Shown here: positions 29,697 to 40,278 of the stretch, in pieces | Layout of the letters: each line of letters starts with the position of its first letter | Position numbering within the stretch: position 1 is the stretch's first letter | Virus record (IMG/VR): IMGVR_UViG_3300017705_000681 | Location: 1-63,575 of that record | Direction: 5' to 3' (one strand) | Length of the DNA: 63,575 bases | Source of the DNA: a virus | Lineage: Duplodnaviria; Caudoviricetes | The notes under the pieces: generated by a model | Database searches by the model: none | What the model saw: the letters and a program-made list of their open reading frames with translations, nothing else | What the model was told of the DNA's origin: nothing | Translations under genes and position numbers: made by a program

Positions 29697-31039
29697 CTCC
29701 CAGAAGGTCTGTAGTACTCAAAATTCTTTCCTTTTTGTGTTGTTATCCTATAACCTCCTTCTTGCTCGTAGTACCCTTCATAATAAACGGTTAAGGTTTG
29801 GTAAGAGGTACCGTCTAATGAATTTTCACGACACACAGCTACGATAGCTTCTCCGTTATCTAATCCGGGTTCGGTTGCGTGGGCTAATTTTACATTTAAA
29901 AAGTTTCTCGAATCATAAAAAGTTTCAACCAAATCTAAAGCGGACACACCTGCTGAAACGCTTTTCATCGTATTGGCGGGGAGTTCGTTCGCACTAGCGT
30001 AAATTGGAACTCTATACGTGATAGGCTCGTAAGCACCATCGTTTCTCATTTTATAAAGGTCATACACCGCCTTCTCCCCATTATTATACTCTGAAGAGTA
30101 GATTTGGAGTTTGGTAATATTTAAATCTCCTTTCCCAGAACTATACTCAAGACCTTCCACAGTTTGAAATTTCTGATACTCGGTGTTTTGGACAAGGGTA
30201 ATAAAATCCCCCGAAGATGTTGTTACTTCCCCGGAGCTAGGTTCGTAGGAGCTACCAGACAGCTTAACCCTTGTAAAATTAGCAGCTACGGGGAGGGCAG
30301 TCGTTACCCAATCGAAAGTAGTTACGATAATAGAATCGGAATCTGTTTTCTTATTAGGGGATGTCGAGGGTAAAGCTGAATTGTAAAGTTCGACGTATTG
30401 TATAGCTCCATTAACACTTTGACCTGCATGGTAAGTAGCTTCTACCCCTGAGGTATATGCGGCGTTATCTTTTGCAAAAGCGGACACTACTGAAGATAGC
30501 CCTTCGGAATCCGCTTGGGTTGCGGATAAATCCATGTATAATTGTGCGCCTACAGGGAGAATAAAAGGGTCTACTGTGGTTATGTGGTACAGTGTATTCA
30601 GTCCACTTTGTGAATCTTTTTTGCTCCCTTCTGTTTCGTAAGCAGGAGGTATGCCTGAAATAACTTGGGAACTGGCGTCGAGGTTTAAAAATTCATGGCA
30701 GTGATAATACTGAATATCATTGGATATTGTTTTTACCCCTCGTGGACCTCTAGTCCCATGGAGAGGGACTACATCATCTTTTGCTGGTCCTACAAACAAA
30801 TCCACTGTAAAGACAATAGGAAGGGTGTAAACTGTTTCTTTAGTAACCTCAGTGTCAGGGTCATTCCCAGAAACGTAAACAGTGTAGTAAACTTGAGGTT
30901 GTATATCAAAATCATCAGGAATTACTTCCGGATAAATTTTAAAGTTGCTTATTTGAATCTCTTTGGCAGAGTTGTTATCTATTAACTGTCTTCTAGAAGG
31001 GACAGCATTAGCGGGAAATCCTAAATCGATAGTAGCCAT
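29681..31039 (-). CDS. Hypothetical structural protein
   Basis: 452 aa, beta-rich; start overlaps the stop of the spike gene. Confidence 0.6.
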   Translation of the reverse strand: MATIDLGFPANAVPSRRQLIDNNSAKEIQISNFKIYPEVIPDDFDIQPQVYYTVYVSGNDPDTEVTKETVYTLPIVFTVDLFVGPAKDDVVPLHGTRGPRGVKTISNDIQYYHCHEFLNLDASSQVISGIPPAYETEGSKKDSQSGLNTLYHITTVDPFILPVGAQLYMDLSATQADSEGLSSVVSAFAKDNAAYTSGVEATYHAGQSVNGAIQYVELYNSALPSTSPNKKTDSDSIIVTTFDWVTTALPVAANFTRVKLSGSSYEPSSGEVTTSSGDFITLVQNTEYQKFQTVEGLEYSSGKGDLNITKLQIYSSEYNNGEKAVYDLYKMRNDGAYEPITYRVPIYASANELPANTMKSVSAGVSALDLVETFYDSRNFLNVKLAHATEPGLDNGEAIVAVCRENSLDGTSYQTLTVYYEGYYEQEGGYRITTQKGKNFEYYRPSGRWRKI

Positions 31040-33459
31040 TATCGTCCGTAGATGTCGGCATCTCCTCCTGTAGCCGTGTCGACTTGCGTCTGAGAAGTGA
31101 TTTTAGACGAGCTTGTTGTAGGTTTATCGCTCCTAAGGTCACCCGTATTTGCCCCTGTTTGGGTACCTTTCTGAGCAGGTCGAGTGGTTGAGATTGAGAG
31201 AGAGTCCTTAGTTCTTACAGTAGCCAATCCTTCACTTTCGGACGTACCTCCGCCTACGTCTCTTCCTGTCAAACTAAACCAACCAGGGTTAGGGGTCATA
31301 CCCCCCTTAACTTTTACATCAGTCATATCACTACCTTGACCCATGTAGGTAATTGTAGGACCGTCATCCTCACCATCACCACCATCACCACCACCAGGAT
31401 GTTTTACTTCTCCCTCGGTTAAAACGGCATCGTCAGTTTTTACGCCCGGAGGAGGAGGGGGAGGAGGGGTACCGCCGCCTTCGCCGTCATCGTCACCGAA
31501 ATCCTCCTCTTCGGAGTCATCATCCTCCTCCCACCATCCCGTTGGCCCGTATGTTTTTGGTCCTGATGCCGGCGTTATTGCAACGCCCGGGGTAGTTGGC
31601 GCATTTGGTGGTGGAGGAGGCGCCGTTGGGTTTGGTGGTGTTGGGGCATTCGGCACCGAAGGTGTGCCTGATGCTCCAGGTGTGTATGCAGGACTTCCTA
31701 CAGGTAATGCAGGGGGAGCAGACGGTGCTGAAGGAGTAGGAAGTGTAGGTGGGTGTTGCAAAGTGTCTCCTCCTGGAGGGGGAGGGGAGGAGAAGGTCTC
31801 ACCATCACCACCCTCACCACCACCGAGCCCTGCACCGCCTGGTGAAGAAGGTACGGCTGGGACCTTGTCTTCCCCAAAACCTCCGTCGTCGTCGTCGTCG
31901 GGAGGAAGGGTGTCATCATCCCCGTCATCGGTGTCAGGCTCATCAGTAATATTTTCGCTTCCCCCTCCAACTCCTCCTGCGCCAACCAGATTAACCCCTC
32001 CTCCTGCGCCAGAATTGTTGGTCAGGAATTCGATTTCTTTGTCATCTTCTAAGGCGTCGCAAGGGGCAAGACCCTCGCCTATAGGAAGGTCTTCAAGTAT
32101 ACTAAAGTCCCTCACTTCTATTTGAGGTCCTTTATTTAAATCTATGAAGTTGGCGTTTAAACTAATCCTATCAGCATCTAAGTGGATTGTATCAGTAGCA
32201 GTAATAAGCACCGTTTGGCTCATCAAATGCGCTTGAGTGATTGGAGCACCAGCTCCCATTAATATAAGACCTGATTTACCTGAGCTTAAAGATGCCGTGC
32301 CTGATTCTTTGGACATTTGCAGATTTTGAATGCTATCCTCAAATCCATTTTTAACCGTAAAAGCTCCTTTAGACCTCATACCTATTGTGCCTAAATGGGG
32401 GAGCTCCTGGTCTTCGTTCCACGCGTTTAAACATATTCGATATTTTGCAGCTGCTGCTATGTCTCCTTCCTCAATATCCATCTCCAGATTTCCAGAAGCT
32501 AGATTAGTAATAAGTATATGAGCGTCTTCTACTTCTGAGTCAAGTACAGTCATGTTAATATTACCTTCTCGGGCTTCTAAGAATAAAGTATTTCTAGCAT
32601 AAACCTGGATTGAATCCTCAACGCCGGCTTCTCCTGCGGTGGATTGTATCCAGATTCTATTAGGTCCGCCTTCTTCTTCCCACTCGTCTCCGTCCGCAAT
32701 AATAATCCTGTCTCCAGTCTGTCCTGATGGCAGGGAAGGTTCCGTACCTACCTCTGTTCTTGCATCCGCGTCGTCTAAAATTATACGCTTGCCTCCTGCA
32801 GACTGAATGGTTATATGTTTTTCTTCGTTGTTTTCAGTGTGTTTCTCCGACATGATAATTTTATTACCTTTTGGAGTTTTCCACATGTACTGCTCGGGTT
32901 GGTTGTTTTCCTCATACGCAAGGAAACTTTCAGGCACCCCGTGAGTCATTTGCATAGGGTCACCTTCTTCTCTTCCCAGTTTTGCGTAGGCGTCATCTGC
33001 TTCGTACTTTTGGGATTCCGAACCTTCACCTTTTGGGTCTACGACAGTCATCTTGCCTCCCTGCTCAACTTCTAAATTAAACAAACATGCAAACCAGACC
33101 CACCCTTCACCTTGAACTTCTGTGATTAAAACCGAAGCTCCTTTACCAGGAACACCAAAGAACCCATAACCAGCTCCCCCAAAAGGGGTAGCCATTTTAG
33201 CAGTAAACTTTGCTTCCCCATGAACTTGGTCACATATAACCTTTAAATGACCTCCGTGTAACGGGTCTGCAGCGTCTACCACTCTAGCGGCGAAAACCTT
33301 TCCGAGGAACTCTCCCATACCTCCCACGGCAAGGTCGGTGTTCATTCCCGCATCAGACATAGCAGCGTCCTGTGGGCTAGAGCCTGCGGTTTTCTTTAAA
33401 CTGTTGGTCAGCTCTCTTACTTGTTTCTCCAAGTAGTATAATCTTGAGGATAGTCCCAT
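31039..33459 (-). CDS. Baseplate central spike (gp5/VgrG/gpV-like) with Pro/Gly/Asp-rich C-terminal extension
   Basis: OB-fold motif ARVVDAADPLHGGHLKV...PFGGAGYGFFGVPGKGASVLI; KTPKGNKIIMSE and SAGGKRIILDD beta repeats. Confidence 0.8.
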   Translation of the reverse strand: MGLSSRLYYLEKQVRELTNSLKKTAGSSPQDAAMSDAGMNTDLAVGGMGEFLGKVFAARVVDAADPLHGGHLKVICDQVHGEAKFTAKMATPFGGAGYGFFGVPGKGASVLITEVQGEGWVWFACLFNLEVEQGGKMTVVDPKGEGSESQKYEADDAYAKLGREEGDPMQMTHGVPESFLAYEENNQPEQYMWKTPKGNKIIMSEKHTENNEEKHITIQSAGGKRIILDDADARTEVGTEPSLPSGQTGDRIIIADGDEWEEEGGPNRIWIQSTAGEAGVEDSIQVYARNTLFLEAREGNINMTVLDSEVEDAHILITNLASGNLEMDIEEGDIAAAAKYRICLNAWNEDQELPHLGTIGMRSKGAFTVKNGFEDSIQNLQMSKESGTASLSSGKSGLILMGAGAPITQAHLMSQTVLITATDTIHLDADRISLNANFIDLNKGPQIEVRDFSILEDLPIGEGLAPCDALEDDKEIEFLTNNSGAGGGVNLVGAGGVGGGSENITDEPDTDDGDDDTLPPDDDDDGGFGEDKVPAVPSSPGGAGLGGGEGGDGETFSSPPPPGGDTLQHPPTLPTPSAPSAPPALPVGSPAYTPGASGTPSVPNAPTPPNPTAPPPPPNAPTTPGVAITPASGPKTYGPTGWWEEDDDSEEEDFGDDDGEGGGTPPPPPPPGVKTDDAVLTEGEVKHPGGGDGGDGEDDGPTITYMGQGSDMTDVKVKGGMTPNPGWFSLTGRDVGGGTSESEGLATVRTKDSLSISTTRPAQKGTQTGANTGDLRSDKPTTSSSKITSQTQVDTATGGDADIYGR

Positions 33460-33462
33460 ATC

Positions 33463-35955
33463 TTAACTTGTAAACTCGTTACCTGTTTTAGTAAATAATA
33501 CCAACTTAGTTTTAAAACCTTGGTCAGTCGAAATAACATGTTCATAATCCACAATCATATAATTACCAGACAGCCCGTGAGAACCTGAGCCTCCTCGAAT
33601 ATCCGGAACATTTAAGTTAACATTCCTTGCAATCTCATTAACCCCTGATATCTCCGGGAGCCCTAAACAAGTAACTGTAACTTTAAACGCAACGTTACCC
33701 CAGTTTACTGCTTGTAAAGTAGATTTAGCTTTAGCAGCGTCTGGTTCTTTTTTCTTATTAGATGCTTCAGCAGTCTTCGGGGCAACAGAGCCCGTCTGGT
33801 CTTTCGCGGCTTCTACTTCTTCCGCGTTGGCGCTGGGTTTGTCGCTGTCGTCTTTTGTTACCTCTGAGGCTGCTTTATCTACTTGACCTGAACCCACCGC
33901 CTCAGCGCCTTTCGTAATATCGCCTTTAGAAACCTCTTTTTTGTTTTTGTCCTGTGCTGAATCCCCTCCGGCTCCGCTTTCAGCATCACCTTTAGATTTC
34001 AGCTTACCTTGGTCTACCTGACCTTTCGAGGGTACAGCAGCTACTACGGTGGTATTTACGTTTAACCCTTCGACAATGCTTTGCCAGCCACCAACTGTAA
34101 TGTTTAGGTCTTTTCCCCCAACCCAAGGGAACGATGACTGAGATTTGATATTGCTTTTGTCGGTTCCCATATCTTTTAAAGGTGCGATAACTAAGTAAAG
34201 TTTTCCTTTCTTCGGGCTTGACACAGCCTTCTTAAGTTCCTTCCCTATATCGGCGCCTTCGTAAATTCTATAGGATAACATCTCTCCCTCCTCGGCGAAC
34301 TCATTTACCCACGTTATAATACCACCAAGCCAAGATTCAATGTCTTCCCCTTCTTTAATAGCCAAAACAACTTTGGATTTTTCACCTCCATCACTTCCAC
34401 CACCGCCACCGCCTCCTCCACCACCGCTATCGGTAGCGAATAGCTGCCCTCCGTTCTCGAATGGGGATTCCCCGAAAAGGAAAGCACCATCAGTATACTC
34501 GGAGGTGGTTAAGGTATTACGAGGAGGAGGCATAAACTCTGAAGAGATGTACTCATCTACTAAATCAAACCTTGCAGATTGCTGAGAGGTATATAAAATA
34601 ATTTCTGCAACCGCCTCTTTCGACAACCTAAACATCCAAACGCCTGGACCTGCGGCTTCTGCAGGTTGGGCGTCTTGGGGAGGTATTTCAAAAACACTAT
34701 CGCTATAAAGAGAGCCTTGGTCAGAGCCAAAATTTCTATAAAATTTAATAACATGGGATAACGAAGGGATAAAACTATCCCAAGCTCCGTTCTCATCCCT
34801 AACCCAGTTGATAAGGTTAGACGTTTCCTCTTCCGACACTACAACTTGGGATATCCCTCCTGTCCAATATTCTACACGACCCGCGTATTTGGTATCCCAT
34901 TTAAAAAAGTTTACTTGAGAATTAAAAATTGAACGAGCGGAAGAAAACTTTTCCATACTCTCACTGGCTCCTACAATTGAAGGTACAAAATTACCTTCGT
35001 GCGTTGCGAACGTTTCTTGAGGAGCTTCCTGGTCGCCCAGCAAAATCTCAAAAGGGTCCCGAGTATCAAAAGTTAATGAATTGTGTCCTACCAAGGGGCT
35101 GTCATCATAATCTCTTCCGTACCTATTCCAGGGGTTGTCCGCGGCATCTCTCCTATCCCCTCCCCATAACGAGTTGAGCTGACCCTCAGGGCTAGATGGG
35201 TCGGAACGTTTGTCTCCTTTCCCTACACTATAGCTAAACGGGCTTTCCGCTAACAACTCTTTTGCGGCTTCATCTTTAGCAATACTCTCGTTTACGTTTC
35301 CAACATCCCGGTCTTTATACGTTTCTGCACCCTCGGAGTCCCCAGGCGTTCCGTCGCCACCCTCTTTGGATGAAGGTTCCCAACCGTTTTTGATAGCGTC
35401 TGCAAAAGCCGCCATCTTACCATCAATCTTTTTTTGCAATGACTCAGGTATGTTAACAGCGGTAATCATCCCGGGAACTTTGCAAACTTTAGCAATTAAC
35501 TTGCCAATTGTTTTCCCTAACCCTTTCTTAGGCTCTTCAGAAGATACCCTTCTAGTTTTTGTTGCTTTCTTTCCGGACAGTGAGTTTTTAATTTGATTGT
35601 CTGTAACAGCAAATGTAACCTTCATCACGATTTCGCTACCAAGATTCATTGTGTAGTCCACGTTCACAAACTGCGCGATAACCTTATCTGACGTGCCTCC
35701 ACCTTCCCAACCCCATTCAAACTCGTAACAATTCTCCTCACGATTTTTACCAAGAAAAGAAAGAAGTTTATTCTCAGCGGAGGCTGAGGGGGCTACTAGG
35801 GAGAGTTCACAAATTCTACCTCCTCCGGATTTAGAAGCTCCCATTTGCATGCGAAACTCCCGCATGCTATTTTTCAAATCAAACGGGTCCCCACCCCCTC
35901 CTAAAGTGGAGGCTTTAACGAACGCAGGTCCATCGTTTGTAGCGGCAATAACCAT
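33463..35955 (-). CDS. Baseplate hub protein (gp27-like)
   Basis: N-terminal FEWGW and C-terminal VTCLGLP...LSGNYMIVDYEHVIS..GFKTKL motifs; lies between the gp53-like and spike genes. Confidence 0.7.
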   Translation of the reverse strand: MVIAATNDGPAFVKASTLGGGGDPFDLKNSMREFRMQMGASKSGGGRICELSLVAPSASAENKLLSFLGKNREENCYEFEWGWEGGGTSDKVIAQFVNVDYTMNLGSEIVMKVTFAVTDNQIKNSLSGKKATKTRRVSSEEPKKGLGKTIGKLIAKVCKVPGMITAVNIPESLQKKIDGKMAAFADAIKNGWEPSSKEGGDGTPGDSEGAETYKDRDVGNVNESIAKDEAAKELLAESPFSYSVGKGDKRSDPSSPEGQLNSLWGGDRRDAADNPWNRYGRDYDDSPLVGHNSLTFDTRDPFEILLGDQEAPQETFATHEGNFVPSIVGASESMEKFSSARSIFNSQVNFFKWDTKYAGRVEYWTGGISQVVVSEEETSNLINWVRDENGAWDSFIPSLSHVIKFYRNFGSDQGSLYSDSVFEIPPQDAQPAEAAGPGVWMFRLSKEAVAEIILYTSQQSARFDLVDEYISSEFMPPPRNTLTTSEYTDGAFLFGESPFENGGQLFATDSGGGGGGGGGGSDGGEKSKVVLAIKEGEDIESWLGGIITWVNEFAEEGEMLSYRIYEGADIGKELKKAVSSPKKGKLYLVIAPLKDMGTDKSNIKSQSSFPWVGGKDLNITVGGWQSIVEGLNVNTTVVAAVPSKGQVDQGKLKSKGDAESGAGGDSAQDKNKKEVSKGDITKGAEAVGSGQVDKAASEVTKDDSDKPSANAEEVEAAKDQTGSVAPKTAEASNKKKEPDAAKAKSTLQAVNWGNVAFKVTVTCLGLPEISGVNEIARNVNLNVPDIRGGSGSHGLSGNYMIVDYEHVISTDQGFKTKLVLFTKTGNEFTS

Positions 35956-36266
35956 TAATCAATAACAAAAGCAATTCCAGGGATGTAAGGAATAAAAACC
36001 TTCTTGCCAGTTACTAATTGTGTTGTAGCGTCCTCAATCCTATTTGCGAGCATGATAGCCCACCATAGGTCTGAAGTTCCATAAACTTGGTAGGCAAGCA
36101 AATCCGGGCGTCCATCCATCCCTTCAGGTATAATAGCCACTTTAAAATCATTGTTGTCCATATTCTCAATAAAATTAGAAAATTCTACAGAAGGGGATAA
36201 CATAGAAAGAGGCTTGCCCCGGTGAGTTACAGAGGACGCATTAAAAATATCGTGTGGGTTAGTCAT
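35955..36266 (-). CDS. gp53: Baseplate wedge LysM-like protein (gp53-like)
   Basis: Motif GRPDLLAYQVYGTSDLWWAIMLAN...GKKVFIP. Confidence 0.88.
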   Translation of the reverse strand: MTNPHDIFNASSVTHRGKPLSMLSPSVEFSNFIENMDNNDFKVAIIPEGMDGRPDLLAYQVYGTSDLWWAIMLANRIEDATTQLVTGKKVFIPYIPGIAFVID

Positions 36267-36724
36267 TAGATACCGGCGTACTCCTCCATTTTTAATCGTA
36301 AAATAATTACGCGAGAATCGTGCCCGTACGCGCCTTGGTCATAAGAAGCGTCTAATTCGTAATCAGTAATTATGCACCTAGGGTAGGTAACCAAAGCCCC
36401 ATACATCGTAAGCTGAGCGGTGCCCGGTCCTTTACTGCCTCGGGGCTCAACAGATTGACGAGCAGCTTCAACTGCTGACCTTACAACTCCAACACCTCCA
36501 ATAGTTTCCATGTGAGGTAAGGTAAATCTAATTTCTACATCTAATGTCATAGCAGTAGACCCCACCCACAGTCGGACAGGCTCACTACGTTTAAAGATGT
36601 TGGTTCTGTTATATCCTGCTTTTTTCCCTTCCCGAATCTTCGGGTTTTCAAAAATAGGGATAGTTCCGGCGCCATCTATTGTAATGTCACCCATAGGTCC
36701 TCTTCTGTGTCCTCCTACTACCAT
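36266..36724 (-). CDS. Putative tail tube initiator (gp48/gp54-like)
   Basis: Between tape measure and gp53-like genes; tube-like pattern (RSEPV...CIITDYEL...ILRLKMEEY). Confidence 0.5.
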   Translation of the reverse strand: MVVGGHRRGPMGDITIDGAGTIPIFENPKIREGKKAGYNRTNIFKRSEPVRLWVGSTAMTLDVEIRFTLPHMETIGGVGVVRSAVEAARQSVEPRGSKGPGTAQLTMYGALVTYPRCIITDYELDASYDQGAYGHDSRVIILRLKMEEYAGI

Positions 36725-36725
36725 A

Positions 36726-38567
36726 TTATTTTAATGCGTTAGTTGCCTCTTCTTCTAGCCATTTCCACACCTTACCTATGTCGGTCTTTATAGTATCTAG
36801 GTCGGTCTTCATTGTAGCCCCGTCAAAGGAAGCTTTAAAGTACGCTAATAAACGAACCTGTTCCCTTGCCAGGGCGATATCTTCCTCTTTTTCGCTTGCT
36901 TCTGATGCCACCCATTCAGGCATATTGAATTCTCCTGCCGTGTCCTTATCCATCGCGGCGCGATTGCGGGCTACCCGCATAGACATGCCTTTGAACTCAC
37001 CTGCGCCAGATTCAGAGTCTTCTTTCATTCTTTCTCTGTCTGCTTCATAATCTATGTCATCCCAAAAGTCACCAAACTGTGCGATATGACTCATCAGCAA
37101 GTCCATGCTGAGTTTAAAACCATTCATGAATTTCATTTGTAGTGTCTGCAAGTCAAACATTAGATTTGTCGCAAAGAGATTGAGGAAATCCTTTACCCAG
37201 CTAAAAGTGTATTTTAACATATTCCCTAAATTTGATACCACGCTCATAAGCAGTCTAGGAAGTTTATGCCCCCACTCTTGAAAGAAAAGAATCACAGCAT
37301 CAAATATCCTCATCGCACCATCGCCTTCAGTAAAGAACTTCATCAACCCTTTGCCTGTTTCGGTAGCTAAACCCCCAATTGCGGCTAGGCTTCCTCCTGT
37401 TGCGCCTGCTACTTTACCTCCCATATCTTTAGCACCCCCAATTACATCAGGTAGCATATCTGCTCCGATATTCATCCAACCTTTAAGGGTGTCAGCTAAC
37501 CAGCCGGACCAATTAGCAAACTGCTCAGCGAGACCGTCCAGTGACTTCGATACTTTCTGTATCGCTTCAGGGAGCACATCAGACCATGGATTAAGAATTT
37601 TGTTCAGTTTGGTAGACATTAGTTGCCCAGCGTCTTGTCCTTTAGCTCCAGCAAGGTCCTCCATATCTCCCCCTGTTCTTTCTAAGTCCGCCATTAAACT
37701 TTCAGCAGTTTTCCCTTTTAATCTCGAGCTCATTTGCTGAGCTGTCTGGAATTCAGCTCCACTTCCCATACCTAGAAGACCTCCACCTGTCACGCTTCGA
37801 GTAATAGCGGATTGGAATGCGGGGTTAGAACCCATAGACTCCATCGAAGTCATTATCCACTGTATCATCTCCTGCTGTGACATGTTCTCGTGAAGCTTAG
37901 GTCCTTTTCCTTGGTTTAGGGCTGCTCTCTTAGCCATGCCTTCAGGTCCGGCTTCTAGCAACGGCTTTAACATATTCATCATCTTAGCAACCATCTCATG
38001 ACCTCCACGACCTTGAGCCATGATTTTCATAGAGTTCATTAATTTTTCAGAGAATCCAGGACCCCAAATACCAGCAGCTTGTTCGAAAGTTTGAGATTGA
38101 GCAGCTAATGCCTTAGCCATTAACTCAGGATTTTGACCCGTAACAACTCGAAGATTCATTAAAGATTTCAACTGCTCGGTCTGTTGTTCTACGGACATGC
38201 CCATCTTGGCATTCATTGAACGTGCTAATTGAAGGAATGGTCCATTATCCAGCCCAAGAGCGCTAATTTGGCTGACAACCTTGTGGAAGGTTTTGGAATG
38301 TTCTCCCAAACCTTGGTTTAGGAATTGTCCCATACCTTGGATAACTTTATCAACACGACCTGGCATATCTGATAGGTCCTTAATAGCTGCAAGCATTTTG
38401 TTTTCCTGAAAATTTCCTGTCTTAAGCATTGCAGCTTTAAGGTTCTCAGAAGACGTCATCGCTCCTTGGATGGCTTGCCCCATAGTCTCTGTAATAGAGG
38501 ACTGGCGCTTCATTGTGCCAGTAAGCTCTTCCATTGCGAGGACTAATTCTTCTTGTCTATTTGCCAT
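36726..38567 (-). CDS. Tail tape measure protein
   Basis: 613 aa, helical, Ala/Gly/Met/Gln-rich; directly upstream of the tube initiator and baseplate genes; length similar to T4 gp29. Confidence 0.7.
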   Translation of the reverse strand: MANRQEELVLAMEELTGTMKRQSSITETMGQAIQGAMTSSENLKAAMLKTGNFQENKMLAAIKDLSDMPGRVDKVIQGMGQFLNQGLGEHSKTFHKVVSQISALGLDNGPFLQLARSMNAKMGMSVEQQTEQLKSLMNLRVVTGQNPELMAKALAAQSQTFEQAAGIWGPGFSEKLMNSMKIMAQGRGGHEMVAKMMNMLKPLLEAGPEGMAKRAALNQGKGPKLHENMSQQEMIQWIMTSMESMGSNPAFQSAITRSVTGGGLLGMGSGAEFQTAQQMSSRLKGKTAESLMADLERTGGDMEDLAGAKGQDAGQLMSTKLNKILNPWSDVLPEAIQKVSKSLDGLAEQFANWSGWLADTLKGWMNIGADMLPDVIGGAKDMGGKVAGATGGSLAAIGGLATETGKGLMKFFTEGDGAMRIFDAVILFFQEWGHKLPRLLMSVVSNLGNMLKYTFSWVKDFLNLFATNLMFDLQTLQMKFMNGFKLSMDLLMSHIAQFGDFWDDIDYEADRERMKEDSESGAGEFKGMSMRVARNRAAMDKDTAGEFNMPEWVASEASEKEEDIALAREQVRLLAYFKASFDGATMKTDLDTIKTDIGKVWKWLEEEATNALK

Positions 38568-38571
38568 AATA

Positions 38572-39114
38572 TTAGATGGAATGACCCATCCCTTCTAAGT
38601 ATTTAGCAGGGTCAACGACAGAAAGGTCTCTTAGCTTACGGATATCGTATTGACGTATGAAATACCTAGCAGCGCTTTTAGAAAACTTTGAAATTCCTGC
38701 GTCCTCATGAGGCATAAGGGGGTCTATTAAAGGTTTCAGCATTCCCGGATTTTGAGCTCCGAATACTTTTTCGGACTTTGCAGTAAAGAATTTAGATATT
38801 GTTAACGCGGTTTTCCAAGTGACAGGACCTGTACCTTCCTTAAGAGAGAGCCTTTCAATGATAAGATTTCTCGTTTCTACGCTACTGATATACCCTAAAT
38901 TCAGCGCAAGCATATACCTATTCCCATTGTTTGCTTGGTATATAGAATTCCCCGTCTGCTTGCTCATAATAAGCAGTACGAAAGGATTGGTATCACTTCC
39001 CGTTTTACTTCTATAATAAAACGTATACAGGTTTGACGCAAATGAAGGCATTCGTGAAACTGTACCCAATGTGACCTTGGATTTGTCTAAAATTTCATTA
39101 TAGAAGGGTAGCAC
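38572..39114 (-). CDS. Putative DNA end-protector protein (T4 gp2-like)
   Basis: YTFYY...D.NPFVL...LALNLGYI...R...FIRQY resembles the gp2 family pattern. Confidence 0.45.
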   Translation of the reverse strand: MLPFYNEILDKSKVTLGTVSRMPSFASNLYTFYYRSKTGSDTNPFVLLIMSKQTGNSIYQANNGNRYMLALNLGYISSVETRNLIIERLSLKEGTGPVTWKTALTISKFFTAKSEKVFGAQNPGMLKPLIDPLMPHEDAGISKFSKSAARYFIRQYDIRKLRDLSVVDPAKYLEGMGHSI

Positions 39115-39142
39115 TTTATATGTATCTCCACTATTATATATT

Positions 39143-39433
39143 GTGGACAGCCTCTCAATTGAAATATCCGAGTTCTTAGAACAAGTCGATTATGCTTTGT
39201 CTTTTGAATTCCGAGACAAATGGAAGCATAGATTTTCAACGTCCTTCATTTCGGTCTTCCAGCAAAAACTAATAACAGCACTTAAGAGGCAGAAGCCTTT
39301 TAAGCTTTCCACATTGGAGGCTACTTACATTAAAAAGTTTAACTACGGGCAAGACTACGTGGACGATTTCTTTTCGTGCATAAGCATAAGACTTTACAGA
39401 CCTCTTGTGATAGACGACAGAAAAGTGAAGTAA
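39143..39433 (+). CDS. Hypothetical protein
   Basis: 96 aa ORF with GTG start that fills the gap between convergent and divergent neighbours. Confidence 0.6.
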   Translation: MDSLSIEISEFLEQVDYALSFEFRDKWKHRFSTSFISVFQQKLITALKRQKPFKLSTLEATYIKKFNYGQDYVDDFFSCISIRLYRPLVIDDRKVK

Positions 39434-39453
39434 CTACTCCACTAGCATTTAGC

Positions 39454-40278
39454 TCAAGGATTGCTACTCTTTGTAAAGTGACCTTTTAAATGCTTCTCAT
39501 GCCGGCGTTTCTTTCCTATCTCTTCTATAAGCTGGTCAACCTTCTTAGGGTCTGCTCCGTACGCTGGGCATATATCTTTGTACCCGCACCAGTCACAAAA
39601 GCGGTTGGTTACGGGGTGGAAATCCCCCTTCTTTCGTTTTCTAATGTCCCATACTTTTGCCTTCTGCGCATTTAAAAATAAGGAGATGTGTTTGGCGGAA
39701 TATTTAATAGATACAAACTTATCCAAGTGAGGGTAGTAGTGGGACACAGTGATTCTATCTATAGGTACATCGTACATCTTATGGATGGCGTACGCGTACA
39801 TTTGCATCTGCGGGTCGTGATATAAATCTTTCTTCGCTGCGGGGCGTTTACTCGTCTTATAATCTATAACTAAAAGGTCTCCCGTTTTCCCCATAACAAT
39901 ACGGTCAATAATCCCGTTAATGTTATACCCCTCGCAAGGGGAAGAAACTGAAAAGCTCATCTCTGTACTAACAGTGTCTGTTAAGTTTTTATTAAACGCT
40001 ATAAAGTTTCTAAGGGACGCCTCGGTAAGACGTTCCTTTTCTTTCGAAAATGTGTACTGACCTCGGACTGATTTCGCAATCTCTACCAATTCCTCATAAG
40101 AGCTGCAGCTTACTCCATCTTCTAAGATTTTGTGAATATATTGACCGAACTGTAAGGCGTCCGTTGAGAGGTTTTCGTTGAACTCTTCCTTCAAATAATA
40201 AATATATTTGAATTTATACTTCGCTTTACACTCATCGAAGACTTTAATTTTACTAGGAGATAATTTATTTATAAACAT
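39454..40278 (-). CDS. PD-(D/E)XK exonuclease, Cas4/RecB-like, with Fe-S cluster cysteines
   Basis: Motifs LSPSK...EC, GQYIH, GIIDRI, VIDYKTS, QMQMY and CDWCGYKDIC. Confidence 0.9.
   Translation of the reverse strand: MFINKLSPSKIKVFDECKAKYKFKYIYYLKEEFNENLSTDALQFGQYIHKILEDGVSCSSYEELVEIAKSVRGQYTFSKEKERLTEASLRNFIAFNKNLTDTVSTEMSFSVSSPCEGYNINGIIDRIVMGKTGDLLVIDYKTSKRPAAKKDLYHDPQMQMYAYAIHKMYDVPIDRITVSHYYPHLDKFVSIKYSAKHISLFLNAQKAKVWDIRKRKKGDFHPVTNRFCDWCGYKDICPAYGADPKKVDQLIEEIGKKRRHEKHLKGHFTKSSNP

Noticed and set aside
23769-38567. Possible T6SS or extracellular contractile injection system (PAAR, VgrG-like, gp25, baseplate J, LysM)
   Set aside because: Capsid, portal, terminase, protease, primase and helicase genes in the same window show this is a phage tail module.
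39454-40278. CRISPR-Cas locus suggested by the Cas4-like gene
   Set aside because: No other cas genes and no repeat-spacer array seen; stand-alone Cas4-like nucleases are common in phages.
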